DNA from: an uncultured virus (IMG/VR IMGVR_UViG_3300028590_000007)
Lineage: Duplodnaviria > Heunggongvirae > Uroviricota > Caudoviricetes
Length of the DNA stretch: 64,000 nucleotides
Direction: 5' to 3' (one strand)
Virus record (IMG/VR): IMGVR_UViG_3300028590_000007
Positions 60,233 through 64,000 of this stretch are shown here, piece by piece. Both the position numbers and the translations under genes were made by a program. Position 1 is the stretch's first letter. The number at the start of each line of letters is the position of its first letter. The notes beneath the pieces are model-generated. The model did no database searches, was not told the DNA's origin, and worked only from the letters and a program-made list of their open reading frames with translations.

Positions 60233-60970
60233 TTATTTGCTGGACGACAGGTGTCTGACCAAAGCTTCATTGATTGCTCCGATAAAGCTAGGAGCACCGT
60301 GTCCACCTACGTGCTTCCAGTGCACGTTACGGGAGTTCATAGACTCCGTATCACCGCGTTTCACTTGGTTGCCGACGAGCACCAGCGTGTTAGGGCTGTT
60401 GCTGATCTGCTTGATGCGCTGCGGGGCATTCTCCATTTCGCTGACAACCACTGTACGGTCGGCACTGAAGTGACGTCGGACAGTGTCGTACACGTTATGG
60501 TTCGAGCCGATGATGATCACCTTCAGCTTTTTCGCTTCCTGTTGCCGTTGGAGTTCCGCAGGCGTCGGAGGCATCAGCTGAAGACTAGGACGTGGAATGT
60601 CCGAGATGTCGATACCACACTGATCGGCAACCTCACGGAGCCGCTCGCTGTGATTGCGACACAGGGCAAAACGAACCACTTCCTTCAGGTTCTCTTTGGT
60701 GCGGTGAAGCTCCTCACGAATGTCGTGCTCGGGCATCGCGAAGTCACCGGGAACAGAAGCCAGAACCTTGGCTCCTTTGAATTCAGAAGAATCCACCCAC
60801 ACAAAGCGATCAGCTCCGGGAATGGCTCTTTCGAATTCCTTGATTTCGTGTGGCCAATAGGGCACACCTGTTTTTGGGAAGGTCTCTTCTTCCGTTGGTG
60901 CAGTGGTTACATTCATGGCGTGGATATGTATGTTCGAGAGAGGTTTAAAACTCTCAAACATATATAACAC
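60233..60970 (-). CDS. hypothetical protein (true start probably MNVTTAP)
   Basis: The predicted start lies in the promoter motif at 60961-60970. Confidence 0.65.
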   Translation of the reverse strand: MLYMFESFKPLSNIHIHAMNVTTAPTEEETFPKTGVPYWPHEIKEFERAIPGADRFVWVDSSEFKGAKVLASVPGDFAMPEHDIREELHRTKENLKEVVRFALCRNHSERLREVADQCGIDISDIPRPSLQLMPPTPAELQRQQEAKKLKVIIIGSNHNVYDTVRRHFSADRTVVVSEMENAPQRIKQISNSPNTLVLVGNQVKRGDTESMNSRNVHWKHVGGHGAPSFIGAINEALVRHLSSSK

Positions 60971-60981
60971 TTGCCATAGTC

Positions 60982-61680
60982 TTATTGCTCCTCTTCTGGA
61001 AGGAAATCGAGGAACCCCCGGTACTTCAGAAAGTCACCGGTCTGCTTGAACATAGGCAGGGCTTTTACCACCATTTTACCAATGATGTTACCATTGGAAT
61101 CCACGAAAGTAGCCTTGTAATGGAACGTGGAAAGAGTTTCGCAGCTCAGTTTCCACGCAGCGACATAAGATGTACGGTCTGTTTCGTGGATGAACTGCGT
61201 CCAGTTGAAACGAGATGCCTCGTTGGGGTCAGAAAGTGAAAAGAGTTCACAATAAGCTTTGTTCACTCTAAGGTTGTTACCAATCCGGTCACACTCGAAC
61301 AAGGGGCTTGGATTGATTTGGAACTCAAGCAAACGCTCGGCAGCAAAGAACTGGATCTCATCACGCAAAGAAGACCCGCCATTAGGGAAGATCTCCTTTG
61401 TGACGCGACTCAACTCATGGGCCAGATGTTCGGAGTTAGCCTTAAGATTGTTGATGTTCTCCTCAAGAGTATTAATCTTCTTGAGGTTCACGGACAGACT
61501 CTTGATGAAGGAAAAGAATGGTTCTCCAACCTTCTTCTTAAAGTGCACGAGGAACCCTATGACAGCGGCAGCAAAGGTAGGAGCCGTGACAGACCAGAAG
61601 ATCAAAGTATCCCTGATAGCATGCCCTTGTTCAGGAGTGCCCCCGGGAATAGCCGTGAGTAAAAAATGGACAAGAGCCAT
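60982..61680 (-). CDS. membrane-anchored PAS-domain protein
   Basis: TM, coiled coil, PNGGSSLRD, then PLFECD..G....VNKAYCEL and W..FIHETDR PAS signature. Confidence 0.78.
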   Translation of the reverse strand: MALVHFLLTAIPGGTPEQGHAIRDTLIFWSVTAPTFAAAVIGFLVHFKKKVGEPFFSFIKSLSVNLKKINTLEENINNLKANSEHLAHELSRVTKEIFPNGGSSLRDEIQFFAAERLLEFQINPSPLFECDRIGNNLRVNKAYCELFSLSDPNEASRFNWTQFIHETDRTSYVAAWKLSCETLSTFHYKATFVDSNGNIIGKMVVKALPMFKQTGDFLKYRGFLDFLPEEEQ

Positions 61681-61769
61681 GTCGAAAGTATATTGTATTT
61701 TACACTTGTCTGATATAAAAAAATGGACCCACTGTATTAAAGCAGGTCCATTTGGTTAAAGCCTAGAAA

Positions 61770-62540
61770 TCAAACAAACTCCCAGTCCGTGACATCCTCT
61801 TCCCTTACAGGCGCTGCAGGTTTAGCGGATGATTTCCTTTCTTCCTTCACGCGGTCTTGCGGAGGAATGTACGGTTCAGGCATCCTGATTGTACGCTTGT
61901 TTGCCGCAGCATTGTAAGGCGTGTAACCAACGTCGGTCCAGTCGATCAAAGACTGCACAAAGCCTGTGACCCTGCGGGAGATGACACGCCACTTGAAAAC
62001 AGGAACAGCACTTCTGCAATATCCAGCTAGTTCGGCGGAAGCTCTCGTGAAGATAGCTTCGGCGTGTCGTAGGGCACCGGCATCGTCATCAGCGTTGAAC
62101 CATACTTGTTGTTCCCTTAGGTCACAAGTCCATCGACCTCCCTTACCTGCGAAACCGGTGTCATCATGGAAGATATCCTTGGCATAGATAGTAAGCAGAT
62201 CATAGCGACCCAGTCCGAACGAGTAACTTCCGAACTGAATGTGGTCCATATAAGAGGATCTCACATGAGTGCGCGTGAAACTCGCATTATTGACGGCCAT
62301 CCCTCTCCATAATCTCGGGAATGGATAAGTAAGTGAGGTTGGTAGCGGATACTGCTTGTCCTCCTCACTTACGCGTAGAAAGTCCAAGATATCGAAGTTG
62401 TTGGTTGTCGCTGCACCTCCGATAACGTAATTATATTTGATACTGTAATTCCCGCCGGTAGCGTACAGAAACGTAGCTCGCAGGGATATGGTGAAGCCAC
62501 AAGAAGCAACAACTGTGGTGACAAAGTTTATTGGTTGCAT
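61770..62540 (-). CDS. hypothetical protein
   Basis: 256 aa ORF coupled to the upstream gene. Confidence 0.65.
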   Translation of the reverse strand: MQPINFVTTVVASCGFTISLRATFLYATGGNYSIKYNYVIGGAATTNNFDILDFLRVSEEDKQYPLPTSLTYPFPRLWRGMAVNNASFTRTHVRSSYMDHIQFGSYSFGLGRYDLLTIYAKDIFHDDTGFAGKGGRWTCDLREQQVWFNADDDAGALRHAEAIFTRASAELAGYCRSAVPVFKWRVISRRVTGFVQSLIDWTDVGYTPYNAAANKRTIRMPEPYIPPQDRVKEERKSSAKPAAPVREEDVTDWEFV

Positions 62541-63175
62541 TATATGAAAATGTATTCCTCGGTTACTGGTTCCATTACGGCTGCGGTATAAGGTGCGCTT
62601 GCGGCGAGCACTCCATTGGCTATGTGCCCCTCGACAAGGTCATCTCCGAGAGATGACTCGAAGGTCCAGGTCGAGTCAGGAAATGCTCTTCCTAATAGAC
62701 GGAACATAAGTGTGGCTGATAGAGCCAAGCGAAACGCCTGTTCAGCATGTTCGGTCGAGTACATCTCCCTTGTCGTACCGCCCCAATCACTGTCGCCGGG
62801 TAGCCATATGTCTCCATAGTGCCAGCTATTGAAGTGCAGTGTGGACTGTATTCTTGCGTAGTAAGTCCGCTCCCTCGTCTGTTCGTACTTAGGAGACAGA
62901 TCTTTATGCCTGAGAGCGATCATCTCTTCGCCGAACAGATTAAACTTATTCATACCCCAGCGACCGGAGTCGTCGCCGCCATCGTTTGTTATACCGTCGG
63001 GTAGACTGCAGCTCTTGATGGAGGTAAGTACCGCACGCCATGCTGCGTAACGACCTTCATTAGAGGGTGGAAGACCTTTCACCTCCAGCGAACAGCTGGG
63101 CGAATTCACTGATCCTCGGGTGTACCGTAGGATGAGTGGATGCTTGTCGGAGAATATTTCGATTTCCTGATACAT
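62540..63175 (-). CDS. hypothetical protein
   Basis: 211 aa ORF. Confidence 0.65.
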   Translation of the reverse strand: MYQEIEIFSDKHPLILRYTRGSVNSPSCSLEVKGLPPSNEGRYAAWRAVLTSIKSCSLPDGITNDGGDDSGRWGMNKFNLFGEEMIALRHKDLSPKYEQTRERTYYARIQSTLHFNSWHYGDIWLPGDSDWGGTTREMYSTEHAEQAFRLALSATLMFRLLGRAFPDSTWTFESSLGDDLVEGHIANGVLAASAPYTAAVMEPVTEEYIFI

Positions 63176-63412
63176 GTGTATTACAGATGGAACTTGTCGC
63201 GGAACTGCCTCATGTAGATAGCGTTCTTATTGGCAGGCTTGGCTCCGCGCTTCTTGGTTTTGTGTATAGTTGCGTCAGCTTCCTCAATGGGTGGCTCGTT
63301 GAATGGAGGCTTCAGACCAATGTGGTAACTTGCGCAGGGGATGAAAAAGCTCATGATAGCTAAAAAGAAAAGGCACGCACAAAAGGAAGACCTAATGTGC
63401 GTGCCGGGATTA

Positions 63413-63802
63413 TCAAACGGTCATAGGCTCCATCGGGCGGGAGGACGTGATAAGGGTACTCCCGTGTTCCGATAATTCCAGTGGGAAGGTAAGCGAACGC
63501 GTTGACATGAGATGCTTGCCTCGGATGGTGATATGGTCCAGCTCTTCGTAAGCCGCCAGTTTACAGTCCGATTCAAATATCATATAACGGTCCTTCTTCC
63601 ACTTACGTAGCTTGTCATGGATCTGGTCCACACAAGAGTACTTCAGTTTCCCACAGTCGTTGACCACGTCGCGAAACCTGATTCTTTCCGTCCTCAGATC
63701 GTTCAGAGTCAGGACAAGAAATGCGGTACGGCGACGATGTCGTTTCTTTCTAGAGTTCCTGCGGAGTTTTCCTTTTATCTTTGCGATCAGGGCGGCAATC
63801 AT
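63413..63802 (-). CDS. basic hypothetical protein
   Basis: 129 aa ORF followed by a hairpin. Confidence 0.55.
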   Translation of the reverse strand: MIAALIAKIKGKLRRNSRKKRHRRRTAFLVLTLNDLRTERIRFRDVVNDCGKLKYSCVDQIHDKLRKWKKDRYMIFESDCKLAAYEELDHITIRGKHLMSTRSLTFPLELSEHGSTLITSSRPMEPMTV

Positions 63803-64000
63803 AAGTTAGTGGGCGATAGGGTTGAGAGCGCGTGAGGTAACTGAAAAGACGGTTCTTTCCAGAGCGTTAACCACGATGTTGAAGTTTGCGGTCAACACCT
63901 TGACACATCCATTGGGACCAGTACGGAACTCAGTGCCAAGGTAACGGCATTCCAAGAGTTCGTTCTTGATGGCTCGCAAACAGCTGCAACGCTGCTTTGC

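Noticed and set aside
1..64000. Genome-wide stop-codon reassignment (suggested by the CUA-containing tRNA)
   Set aside because: Conserved genes are intact under the standard code, and TAG, TGA and TAA all end plausible genes

Overview
This 64 kb window is part of a large (jumbo-type) dsDNA bacteriophage genome. Genes are dense and almost all on the minus strand, mostly short hypotheticals separated by intrinsic terminators and a recurring promoter-like motif (GYGYTATATAnnYTTG). Recognisable modules are a split RNA polymerase beta-prime fragment with a variant catalytic loop (NLDHDGD), an NAD-rebuilding pair (NAMPT-like plus PRPP-synthetase-like, the NARP1 architecture), and other probable counter-defence genes (Acb2/Tad1-like hairpin protein, two NADAR genes, an HD alarmone hydrolase). 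There is also a lysis cassette (endolysin, holin, unimolecular spanin, implying a diderm host), tail/fibre genes and a GT/pyruvyl-transferase. The most unusual content is RNA. Besides two ordinary tRNAs and a long tmRNA, three tRNA genes all have 8-nt anticodon loops, suggesting quadruplet/frameshifting or decoy tRNAs. There is also an 80-nt mini-tmRNA (Ala G3:U70 tRNA-like domain without a message), a 49-nt acceptor+T-arm mini-tRNA, and several large unexplained structured RNA candidates. All calls are by eye; no database searches or folding programs were run.
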